This document shows positions 10,831 to 22,111 of a stretch of DNA of 64,000 bases, piece by piece. Source of the DNA: Phoronis australis. Taxonomy: Eukaryota; Animalia; Phoronida. The translations under genes and the position numbers were made by a program. Under the pieces are notes generated by a model. It was not told where the DNA came from and did not search any database. It worked only from the letters and a program-made list of their open reading frames with translations. Each line of letters opens with the position of its first letter. The stretch's first letter is position 1. The DNA is taken from the NCBI GenBank assembly GCA_002633005.1, contig NMRA01000231.1:576263-640262 (forward strand), in the 5' to 3' direction.

Positions 10831-13800
10831 ATGATTAGTACTTTAACTTTAAACTGCAGAAGGCTAAAGGACAAAATTAAGAGAAAGGATGTCTTTGAAC
10901 TTTTGAGACAGAAGTATTGCGGTATCTATTGCTTGCAAGAAACTCATGTTATTGAATCAGACATTTCTATTATTAGGGTCCAGTGGGGATATGATGTTTT
11001 CATGAGCCCTGGAACAAGGGAATCGAGAGATGTCTGCATATTGCTAAATAATAACTTTGAATGTGGAGTTGGTAAAACCCACCATGATGATAAAGGAAAC
11101 CTTGTTGTCATCGAATTACCTATAGAAAATCGAATCTCAGTTAAGTTAGCTCAAATATTTATGGTCCCAACAAGGATGACCCTGATTTTTTTAGAACCCT
11201 GCTTCAAGTAGTCTCTGACTACGGTTCAGAGTTCAGATTTCAGTCTTGACTGTTTAGGATACAAACACCAAAACAATAGAGCTACAAGAAAACACGTTAT
11301 TAGTCTGATGTCGCAGTTAAATTTGGTCAAATACAAGCTAAACTAGGTTCAGAATTAACCCTTGTAAGCAAGCGAGTCTGGACTTTTTCTAGTGTCCGAC
11401 GAGTTTTCCTCTTGGATAGAAAATATTGAAACGTCCCCATGTTATAGAACCGATCCTCATTGTGTCGTGATTACTATTCAGGCATCTAATTTATTTAGAG
11501 GTAAAGGTCTCTGGCGACTTAACAAATCTATATTACGTGATATAGAGCACATTAATTATGTAGAATGCATCATAGTTAAAACAGAGAAGGAATATTTAAC
11601 TCCTGATAATGACTCTAGTTTGTCAGACGGTCATTCGACTACACAACTCTCTTCTTCTTGAAATGATCCTAATGAATATTAGAAATTACACTTTGTCTTA
11701 TTCAGCTTTCAAGAAAAAGGCATCGACAAGAAAATAATTTAGAGCAGCAATTAAGTCTTCTTAGAGAAATGATGAGCAACAATAATTCTGCTCTGCTCCT
11801 TGAAATTTATTCAGATTTTCAGAAACATTACGAAGAAATTAGAAAGGACAAAGTGAATAGCATAATACTGAGTCCTCGGGCAAAATGGATCGAGGATGGT
11901 GAAGACCGTCCAATTATTTTAGTAACTTAGAAAAACGCAATTACGTGAACAAGAATGTTCACGATCTTATAGACGAGACTGGATGACGCTTGACAAACAA
12001 AAGGCTATATTGTGTGCAATCGAAAAAACACATGCAAAGTTATATACAGCCAAAGAAAATGACTCTCACCAATATGAGTTAGAAGACTTGGTGACCCCTG
12101 AAAATATATCGAAACTTGGCGCCGACTTGAAAGAAAAAACTAGAAGGACCAACAACATGTACTGAAGCTGTGGCTGTCCTTTAATGTATGAAAAATGGCA
12201 ATACTCCGGGGACTGATGGTTTTCCTGTAGAGTTTACAATTTTTTTGGAAAGAACTGTCGCCATATTGATCAAATCTTTTAATTACAGTTTTCGAACCGG
12301 CCGTCTTCCTACCACTGTGCGTCAAGGTGTCATTACTTTGATTTCTAAGGGCAAGAAAAGACGCGAATACATGGAAAGTTGGAGACCAATCCAATTACTA
12401 AATTCAAGTTGTAAACTATTATCAGCATGCATTGCACAAAGGATAAAATCTGTTTTCAATAAGTGAATTCGTCCTAATCAAACTGGGTTTCTCCCATGTC
12501 ATTTTATCGGGGAGAACACCAGAGTGATTTATGACATCTTACAATATAATCGAGTCAAGGATATTCCCGGACTTCTGGTATTAATTGATTTCGAAAAAGC
12601 CTTTGATTCTGTGTCCTGGGGATTTCTTAAGAAAGTTCTACACTATTTCAATTTTGGTGACGATATTATTGGTTGGTTCTCAATACTCAATGAAACTGTC
12701 CAACTTTCGGTCATTCTTTGTGGCTTCACGTCTAACTATTTTATCATTTGCCAAGGTTGCACCCAAGAGAATCCCCTTATTTTTTGTAAATGTGCCGAAA
12801 TTATGGCATCTATGTTGAGACAATGCGAGAATGTTCAAGGCATAAAAGTAGGCTCTTTAGAATATAAATTAATACAATATGAAGACGACACGGTCCTCTT
12901 TCTAGATGGTTTTGAGAGCTCTTTAAAACAGTCACATAACCTTCTTGATCAGATTGCTAAGTACTCTGGTTTGACACCCAATATCGATAAAACTCTTTGT
13001 ATTTGGATTGGATCCAAGACATGTTGTGGTGATAAGCTTTGCTGGGGAAAACGATTTAAAATGGACAAGTGCCCAGCTCACATCTCTTGGAATTACCTTC
13101 TCTGCCAACTTACAGGACATGATTCACTTAAACTACGTTGTAAAATTAAACGAGGTTAGAAAATGCATTGGAAATTGGTCAAGAAGAAATTTAACCACCT
13201 TTGGTAAGGTAACGGTTGTCAAATCTTCTGTATTGACAAAATTGATTTACCTCTTTTACACAATTCCTCTTTCAATTTCTACTTTTTAAAGACATTGAAA
13301 AAGAAATAATTATTGATGGGGTACCTCTTCTGATAAAAACTCTAGGAAAACCATGTTACAGAAATCTGAAGATGGAGGTGGGAATATGGTCCATTTTGCG
13401 TCATTGGTCAAAGTTATTAAACTGACTTGGGTTCGGAGATTCTTCAAAAATAGTTATAATAATGCTTCTCCTGGGCTACATCTTTTACAGTATGTGAAAC
13501 TATTCATAATATAAACAATGACTCTTTTCAATTAGGCCCTTGTTTTTTCCTTGAAGCGTACTAGGAATATTTTTTAAGGATTTTTATATCTTAATATATA
13601 CGAATTTAGCAATCTGTGTGAGATAGATGATCCTTTGTACCAACCTTTGTGGTATAAACCTAAAGTTTTTATAGACAGTAGTCCAATTTTTGGAACGAGT
13701 GGTTTCAAAAGGGTATACGATACGCATGTGATTTAATTCACTCTAATAGTGGATATATGGATGATTTCTTACCTTTTGTACACGTTTTAAATTTTGTCAG
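10831..13800 (+). mobile_element. Degenerate L1/Tx1-clade LINE ORF2 (APE endonuclease plus reverse transcriptase)
   Basis: MISTLTLNCRRL...IYCLQETH (APE); PGTDGFPVEF, WRPIQLLN, LIDFEKAFDSVSW, IQYEDDT, SGLTPNIDKT, WSRRNLTTFGK (RT). Many frameshifts and stops; no ORF1 visible. Confidence 0.93.
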
Positions 13801-13894
13801 ACTGTGTGCATTTTGGAAATATCAGTGTTGTTCATGAGAACATCAGTAAGTAAAAAGACCTTGGGGGCAATACTTTATAGCGCAGATTGAGAAG

Positions 13895-14735
13895 TTGAAG
13901 GTACGTACACTACAGTGGGGTACGTACTCAACATTTCAACGACTTTTCAGGTTTATAAAAATTCTTTGAATTTGCTGAGAGTTAGTACATTTACCAAAGA
14001 GAACAAGAAAAAAGTACAGCATACATTTGCATATTTGTCTGTCATTCTTTGAAAACATGCAAATGTTAAAATATAGGGGTATGTACACTAAACAAATGGT
14101 AATTTTTCACACAAAACAATTGTATTTGCAATTAACACCCTCTTAACCTAACATTTTAACGGAGGAAACTGTATATGTATCTGACAATTGTTGTTTAGTT
14201 ACCGTGTAATATTTTTTCATGGTATTTGTTCACATCGGGGTACGTACACTACATTTCACTCACATGTCAAGTTTATAACTAAATACTACTGAGAGTTAGT
14301 TGATTTATTAAATCAATTCAAAGAGAAAACGATAAAAAGCACAGCATTCATGTAAATATCTGTCATACTTTGAAAATATGCACAAATTAAAATAAAGGGC
14401 TACGTACAACATACAAATGCTATTATTTCACTCAAAACAAATGCATTTGCAATAAACACCCTTTTAACCTAACATTTTAAGGAAGTAAACTGTCTATAAC
14501 CACTTACGAAGTGAAATTTTAATTCCATGGCATTTGTAAACATGGGAGTACGTACATGTACACTGCAAAAGGGTGTACAAGTACGTACACTGCATCACTG
14601 TTTCTGCATCACATGGTAATACAAGGTTGTATGACCGATTATTTTTTGATAATAAGTACGATGTTGTTTTTAAAATGAAACAATTTCAATTGCAATCACT
14701 GTTGCTGAATTCCACATGGGGGTACGTACACTACA
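13895..14735. repeat. Degenerate tandem repeat, about 160-bp monomer / 320-bp dimer, anchored on gggtacgtacac
   Basis: Motif recurs at about 13918, 14078, 14238, 14399, 14547 and 14719; 13920-14238 aligns with 14239-14560. Confidence 0.75.
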
Positions 14736-16253
14736 TTTTGATAGCCTTTTTGGTCCATTTTTCAACATAGAAGAACCCAGCCAATATCCAAATTTTTGGT
14801 TTGTTTGATATTGAATATTTTGCTGTGTTGCCTAGGGTAACATATTCTGCAGTTCGTTTTATTACTGGTAAATGCTATGTCCGATATTGCTCATATTGGT
14901 CATGTTGTCTATTGTGTCACCTTGTGGTCTCCTGTGCGAATTTATTTTATATCCATCAACATGTACTCAGCAGTCTGTAGCACACCCATGACAAAGACCA
15001 CATCGCTCAAAACGTGGATGATATTGTAATATATTTTAGTACCGACGCTCGTCGTTTTAGTTTTACTATTTTATATTTTTATCCGTCGGTAACTTCACGG
15101 CATTCCAGCATCTGTTTGTTACTCTTTTATTGCATTTTTCTGTTTTCCCCAAAAGAGTGGTATTGGATCTTGTTTCATTCTTTGTATAAATCAAATTGTT
15201 TGGAGAAAGTCTATATCCGGTGCGTGACAGAATAAATAGTGATTTAGTAATTAGTACGAATAGATCCATTTTAAGTTGCCTAAAATCTGTGCATACATGT
15301 ACATGTATGTACTTTTAAATCACTTGTTGACATGAACTTTACCATCAAAATCTATTTTTAGATGGTGTTTGCAACTTTTGTTCTGGGTTCAAAGCACTCT
15401 AGAGAATCTAGAAATTCATGAGAACAAATTGTAACAGCCAATAATACATGCATGATTGGACACACGATGTTCATTTGGACATAATAAATGAAAAATAACA
15501 AAACAGTGTCCTTAAAAACAACGATTTGCGAGGACTACCGCTAGGGCTAGTGCTGGGATCCAGCAGCCGCTGCGAAAACGGCGGCAAGACCTGAGAAATT
15601 CAGGAGTCAAAATCAAACAAATCTTCGCTATAGCCACCAAACTGAAAAGTACAGAAACAAAATGTATATTTGTGTTTACACTTCGAGTAATTAAACCATA
15701 TTGCCTAGTTCAACTACCTGCACGTGTGGACGTCCAAACACTTTGCTCTAACATTTACACATTTCGACATGACTTTTCGGCTTAGAAAATCCCCAAGCTC
15801 GAGCTGCATCACAGCTGCCGGAATTACTTATGCCACACAAACACCGTTTCTCCATTCTTATGGCGCAATTTTGTGAGATAGAGACTAAAATAAACGTTAC
15901 CTGACAAAATGTTGTTTGTCGGTTTGGAGACACTGGCGAAGGTTCTATTGTCGAGTATCATTGACAGGTGGTAGTCTAGACAATGTATCATCAAGCAAGG
16001 GTCTCTCTGCTGAGGCCAAGGCTTGCATCACCCTAGTTATGCCCAACACCCTTATGTCAATTTTTATGAGAATCCGACTATTTTTAAAGGCAATGACCAG
16101 ACAATCAGGCAACCTACAGGGCGACAAAAGTGCACCTACATATGCATACAGTAAGAGGGCGCAGAAGAAGTAAAAATACTCCCATTGTCCACCATTTGCT
16201 TCACTAGTTATGATTTTGAACATCCATATTCAAAAGGTACATGTCAAAGTTAA

Positions 16254-19200
16254 AGGAGAATGCCACCCGATTTAATTAGCCTTTTTTACCGTCTTAATCG
16301 TTCTATATCCACATCGCCTCGCGTACGGTCGACCTTACCTTGCCAAGAGGTGTCACGTTAAAGGCGAAGGCAACCTTTTTAATGTCATTTTGAGCTAAAA
16401 TAAGGTTTGTTGGTTATCCTAGACATATTTTCCACTTAATTGCAGCTTTTCGTAATTGTGTTAATTACTCGTCCGCTACTCCGGAAGTGGCGTTTTAGGA
16501 GGCAAGCATTTCGCGCCAATTTCTTTTCATATAGTCTGACCGTGAGAGCTGCCGAATCAGTCATTGTTCTACCTCGGTTGTGTTAAGTTACGTCGTCGTT
16601 TGCTTTCATTTACTAGTCAGTCAACATGCCACACTGTTACTGCGTACCGGGATGTACTAGTTATCGTCTAACGCGCGCTTTGGGAGTACCTTAGCATCGC
16701 TTTCCGATCGATGACACCCTTCGCAGAACTTGGCTCGTTCGTTTGAAGAACGCAGCGTTACCCGTCCACGCAACGTACAAAGCAGTCAAGAATTACCGTG
16801 TGTGTGGCAAGCACTTTCTGCCGTCCGATTACGAAAAGGATTTGTACGCTGAACTGATGAAGGTCCCTGCGAAACAACTCCTGAAGAAGGATGCCATTCC
16901 GTCTGTGTTGATTCCCGGCAGTGCCCCGTCGCCACCCCCGAGAAGTGCGTTTTTGAAGAGAGAAGCCTCGCGAGCTGTGGCCAGTACAGTGACTGGAGCC
17001 ATTGGAGGCACTTCATCCACTGTCACCCGTGCCTACGAACGTACCCCAGAGCGTGCAATTCCTGGAACCAGTAGTGATTCGCCCTGTGCTGTTTTCTCCA
17101 GCCCAGAGCCTCTAAGCAACCCTGCAACGATATTTGATAAGTTTATTGTGGACTTGTCTAAAGTGTTGGTCAGGAGCTATTTAGAAGGTGCCAGGTGTGT
17201 GGCGAGGGAGTCACACGACACGGTGTAAGCAGTTTGGGTGCTCAGGTCACCATCCAGTGGGAGTTTGTCGCGGGACACTCTGGCAAGTGGGACAGTTGTT
17301 CCTCTGTCCGTGGCAGGCCGGAGGTCCACTTAACCGTGTCCAGTAATGGCTTGCCCTCTTCGAACTCTGAGCAGCACAAGCATTCCATTGAGTTAGGCAT
17401 AACAACGCACACAGTGCATCTGCACCAAGATGTGTCACCACGTCTGTCCTCAGTAGTCGCCTCTTTTCTCTCAACAGCTGCCTGTGCCTGTGCATACTCT
17501 GCCTCGTTATACTCGGGCTCAAACATGTACCCACTGAATGTCCGTGAAAATATTCCTCGTCACCACTGCTGTGAACAAGGTATCCATCACTCACACTACT
17601 GTCACTGTGATACGGGTGACCGACTCCAGCCATTTTCAGCTTACAACACACTAAACAATCCCTAAATCCAACGTAGTTGAGTTCTCTACTAACCTATCTT
17701 GCCGCAGAATACTCGCTGATGGAAAGTGGTGGCGACAATTGTTGAAAAACAGCACAGAACAAAAGTAGAATAGAACAGATTCGCACGGTAAACTCAACGC
17801 AAAACCAAGTGGCGGGAAACGCTTGCCTCCTAAAACGTCACTTCCGGAGTAGAGGACGAGTAATTAATAAAATTACGAAAAGCTGTAATTAAGTGGAAAA
17901 TATGTCTAGGATAACCAACCAACCTTATTTTAGCTCAAAATGACATGAAAAAGGTTGCCTTCGCCTTTAACCTGTGAGGAAGGTGAGAAACGACGCTAAC
18001 GACGCCAGTGATTCATATGCAGAGTGAATGCCGCTATGTTGCGGTGCATCATTCCCGCTTGTCCGAACTAAGCAGCTGCGAGGGAAGCGAGTATGTCGTT
18101 TTTTTACTTCCTCGAGAGTCCGAAATGCTTAGGAAGTAGCTCATGGTAGTGAAGAATAAATGTACGCTGTAAATAGCAAGTATGAGGCCGTGAAACATCT
18201 CCGTGTCTGTGGCCTGCAGACGTCGACAGTGCCTGATGAATTGAATGCCGGCTTACCAAATAACTTCATACGTTCCGTTGCCTGAGCTTGTTCACGGCGC
18301 CTCTCTAGTATTTCTTCATCACTGTATTCCTGTTTAAATTGACAGCCTGTAAACCTTAACAATTCACCTGCGAAGCCGGGACTGGTAAGTTCTAGCTCGT
18401 CCTAAGTCGGGATTGGAAGTTGCCATGTTGGCGTTTATTACTGAGCATTCTGTTTCAAAATGAATTATTCTCACCCTAACCAATACGTCTATAAAAGTGA
18501 AACAAATTCTGTCTCATTAGATGCAATTCGTAATGCCTTTGGGGTGTTCGTGAGTGCAAATGATTTGAGAAGCCAGCAATGAATATATCACTGCGTTACC
18601 GGCTTTAGGTGCAATAAAACTAATTGACGGGACACCGAGGCCGTGTGAGCTCATGCTAATTTAGTGTTTGCTGGCAGAAACTGTTGTGAAACAACTCGAT
18701 TACCATCCCACGGCCAGGTGTTAGGGCAATCTTCATTTACGTGTACATTACTCACATAATGATGTCAATGTACATCTTCTGCCCTGACCGGTGCTGTGGC
18801 CAAAGCGGAACTTGAATTCTCGGCCCCCGTCGAGTAAATAGATTTGCAGTTTCGTGGCTAATTCACCAAGCTAATCATGTGCACATTACTTTTACTCACT
18901 AGTATAGTATTTTCTTGACTGGAAGTTTCGTTTCCACTGAACTTTGACTGGTTTATGTTCGTGATGTCTGATCAGTTTCCGAGCCACTGGCCGGGATAAC
19001 GCCGGAGTCAATCCGGCCGGCCGCGACGGGCCTGATCGGGCTCCGAGCCACTGGCCAGGATAACAAGAGTTTTGTGTTAAGAACTCAAAACATCACAAGT
19101 CTAAACAACACAGATCTAAGTTCTCCTGTCTGTATCTCACGGAAAATTCTTCGAAATTATCTCCGAACAGACCCCAAACTCCTGTTACGGACCTTATTGG

Positions 19201-19547
19201 CCTGCCGAACTTTGTAGGCTACGGTGTGTCCAAATACCAATAAATCCGTAAGAGCGAAATAAAACAACACGTTTTTGTAAGAAGTCGGTGTATTTTTAAG
19301 GGTTTTACATCGAAGTTTGATGATTTATTGATGTTAAACGATGACTTCAAGCGATAAGCTGACACCAGTAACCCGTGTTGTGAACTGCTGAACAGACTGC
19401 GTTTGAAACCGATGACGTCATTGGATAATATCAACACCTCCGTCTGCCGTCAGGTGTCAGGTAACGCAACCGTACTTGTCGTTATGGAGTAGAACTACTC
19501 GATCTAAATTGAAACAAACCAGGTTGTTTTTTGGGTGGCATGCTCCA
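16254..19547. mobile_element. Older Kolobok element (family K2) hosting a nested K1 copy
   Basis: TTAA at 16250-16253 and 19548-19551; TIR aggagaatgccaccc vs gggtggcatgctcca (2 mismatches); KolX-like remnant on minus at about 18141-18425 (GCQFKQEYSDEEILERRREQ...VCRPQT). Confidence 0.7.
16362..17966 (+). mobile_element. Non-autonomous Kolobok, family K1 copy 2
   Basis: TTAA at 16358-16361 and 17967-17970; same long TIRs as copy 1; THAP ORF from ATG 16626 (one in-frame stop, then HRFP...CGKHF); KolX from ATG 17633 on minus (frameshifted, WCRCTVCVVMPNSMECLCC). Confidence 0.92.
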
Positions 19548-19584
19548 TTAACATTTACAAACACAATGAAGGTAAATCACTTAC

Positions 19585-19740
19585 CTGTTGTGACCGTATA
19601 ATATGTTCTAGAGGGGAGTCCGTAATTATGTTTTTTGACTTCTGGGAAGTTGAAGATAGTACAATTTGGACACCTTAAGCGCACATATCCTTTATTAACA
19701 ACATCCTTATTTTCTTTTTTAACTTCAGTAGCAGTAAATG
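19585..19740 (-). CDS. Ig-superfamily adhesion gene, coding exon 4 (first half of Ig2: AFTATEVKKENKDVVNKGYVRLRCPNCTIFNFPEVKKHNYGLPSRTYYTVTT)
   Basis: ttttccag acceptor, gtaagt donor, 156 nt, phase 1-1, GxVxLxCP B-strand motif. Confidence 0.78.
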
Positions 19741-20139
19741 CTGGAAAATCAAGAACATAAGGTGTGACAAATAGAGAAATTACAACACATAAGTCAGTGT
19801 TGACGGTACAGATATATCCCAACACGCAAACACGCACACTGTCCAAGCTATGCAACTAACCAACGTCACGTTGGTTATCAGCCCAAACTGTAAAATTCCC
19901 TTTATCTACTGTTGTCATCACTATTCACCTGACCCAAGTCACTAACCAGTGTTTAGTTATATTTTACCCTTATCGAAAGTCCATGGAAATCTCAACCTAG
20001 AGACAAAAAGTTAAAATTGTGACATTTAAAATTCTGGCCTTATGTACAATCTTAGTCGCTATAGATTCAGAGCCGATACTTTAATTTCGAAAAACTTTCA
20101 TTTTTTCAGACCAATTTTCAGGGTCATTGGCCAACATCT

Positions 20140-20385
20140 CGTCATTCAAAATGACTTATATGTATCTTTATTAAAGTGATATAAGCAAGAAATTGAATTT
20201 AGGCCAGCAAATATTGGGACCCTAGTATATCAATATATGGGTCCCGCCCGAAGGCCGCCAAAGAGCAGGGCCCCCTATAAATATTGAGACGGCCCCGCCC
20301 GAAGGCCGCCAAAGAGTAGTTCCCTGCGGCCAAAGAGTGGGTCCCTGCGACCGAAGAGCGGGGACCACCAAAATTAATATCGCAT
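20140..20385 (+). repeat. GC-rich subrepeat cluster (ccgcccgaaggccgccaaagag); inverted relative of 29410-29750
   Basis: Several copies of the unit; flanking AT-rich sequence 20140-20200 is the reverse complement of about 29698-29750. Confidence 0.65.
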
Positions 20386-20461
20386 TTCAGTAGCTTTTCA
20401 GCGATATTTATTCTGCACGTACAAGCGCAGAGTACTGTTGTTCCTGCGTTTTCTTCAATTT

Positions 20462-20843
20462 TATTACGCTGCGCGTGAAAGCGCAGAGTGCTGTTGTTCC
20501 TGGATTTTCTTCAATTTTATTTATTCTTATTCTTATTCTTGTTATTCTTCTTTTTCTTCCGACCGAATTTGAGGCTTAATAACTCCAAATTGTGTGCAGG
20601 TACGTTCTTTAAAATCAGCATATGATTTTTGACAGTACAAACATTTTGATTCGGCATATAATCATATTCCATATTGCACCGAAAGAGGTCGTTTGGTGCA
20701 AAGGTCATACAACTTTCCAAATGCTACTCCTTCTTCAGTTTTAAAGCTATTCTTATTGCTTTCAGTAACTTTCCATAACAATTCCTTTAATACGCACGCG
20801 CAGAGTCCATTATCGTCACGCCGTGACAATAATCTTTCTAGTT
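20462..20843 (+). mobile_element. Helentron-associated non-autonomous element (HINE/DINE-1-like)
   Basis: 5' hairpin ctgcgc-gtgaaa-gcgcag (5' end tandemly duplicated at about 20405-20461), (TTATTC)n microsatellite, 3' subTIR gcgcagagt, palindrome attatcgtcacg-c-cgtgacaataat, then ctagtt. Confidence 0.75.
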
Positions 20844-21273
20844 CCCATTTAGAACACTCAGGGCGCTACTTATACAAGGTGAAGGTCTACTCTGACGGGT
20901 TACCCCTGCAATTCTAGTGATTCTGCATATAAGCCCCTTGTTCCATGTAAGTGACGCCCCCTAGTGGTTCTGACGGTGGAGAATCGTTTATTACCTGCTC
21001 ACATGTGTTTGGAAGCTTTCAAGTGATGCTAATAATATGCAGAATTGCAAGGGGAGCCTGTTATTCCGTTTATGTAGTATCCGTGGTGTTCTAATGTCGA
21101 CGTATCTCTGCTTAAAGCTGTTAAGTTGCCGTTAAGCTAATCAGGGATTCTTGGAGTAAGATCAAGCATTAAGACTAGAAGGGGAATGAGGGGCTACTCT
21201 GGCGGGTAACCCTTGCGATTATGCAAATTAGCATTAAAAGCTTGCAATCGCATGTATACACAAAACCTGCCGA

Positions 21274-21376
21274 GAGTGGCGTACATGAAATAATATCTCA
21301 TGAGACATTATTCCGCGTATCGACCGAGACGGAAGGAATAATGTCTCTTGGGATATTATTTCATGTACGCCACTCG
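21274..21376. repeat. Near-perfect hairpin (41-bp arms, 20-nt loop), Crypton-like palindromic terminus
   Basis: gagtggcgtacatgaaataatatctcatgagacattattcc pairs with 21335-21376 with 2 mismatches. Confidence 0.8.
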
Positions 21377-22111
21377 AGGTGCGTTTTGTATTTATCCCAT
21401 GCGCATCGAATTCGTGGTTTCTTTTGTTTTCTTTAGGCATTTCACAACCTGTAGTGCATGTACGTGCGCGTTATGATGCTAACTTACTATGGTAAAAGAA
21501 AACGGTTTTAAATGTAACGGTTTATTACTTGAAATTGGCAAAAAGTGTGAAAACGGCATATTTCGAAAATAAATAAATAACAAGAATATTTATAACATTG
21601 TAAAATCCTCATCGGGTATCTGCACTCATTCCTGAAACTAAGTCATTGACCGAAGTGCGTAGCCTACACGTCGTCTGTTTTCACGAAGAAGTTAAAAGTG
21701 CCACCGTTGATGACACTTCCGGCGAATATGCCTGTTGCAGTGTTGTTTCAGGTACGTTGTTGCATTTCTACGGATGCTGTAACCTCGGTACAAAGCTGTA
21801 TACTAAATATACGACAGTTTGTTCATACCACTAGCTGGCTGGCTACGGAATCTGTAGCATGGATAGGTTCACGTTTTGCTGGGACGGTCGTCGCTGCTCC
21901 TCGTGTAATACTGCCGCCGATAGTATCGGGTGCTGTCATGGCCAGTGACAACAATATTGACGAGGAATCGGTGTCTGAGTTGCAGACGATAGAAATTGAA
22001 CACTGAGACAGAAGTGTCATATAATTAACAGTACTGTTCCAGATGTTACGATTGAGACCTGGTGGTTGCATGTTTAGTGGTATTTACTCTCCTACAATTG
22101 TATTACTTTAA

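Noticed and set aside
13895-14735. CRISPR-like regularly spaced palindromic motif
   Set aside because: Spacers are about 150 bp and homologous to each other, the motif is short and degenerate, there are no cas genes, and the context is eukaryotic.
15748-16223. Minus-strand ORFs as an additional host exon
   Set aside because: In-frame stop before the candidate donor and no recognisable domain.
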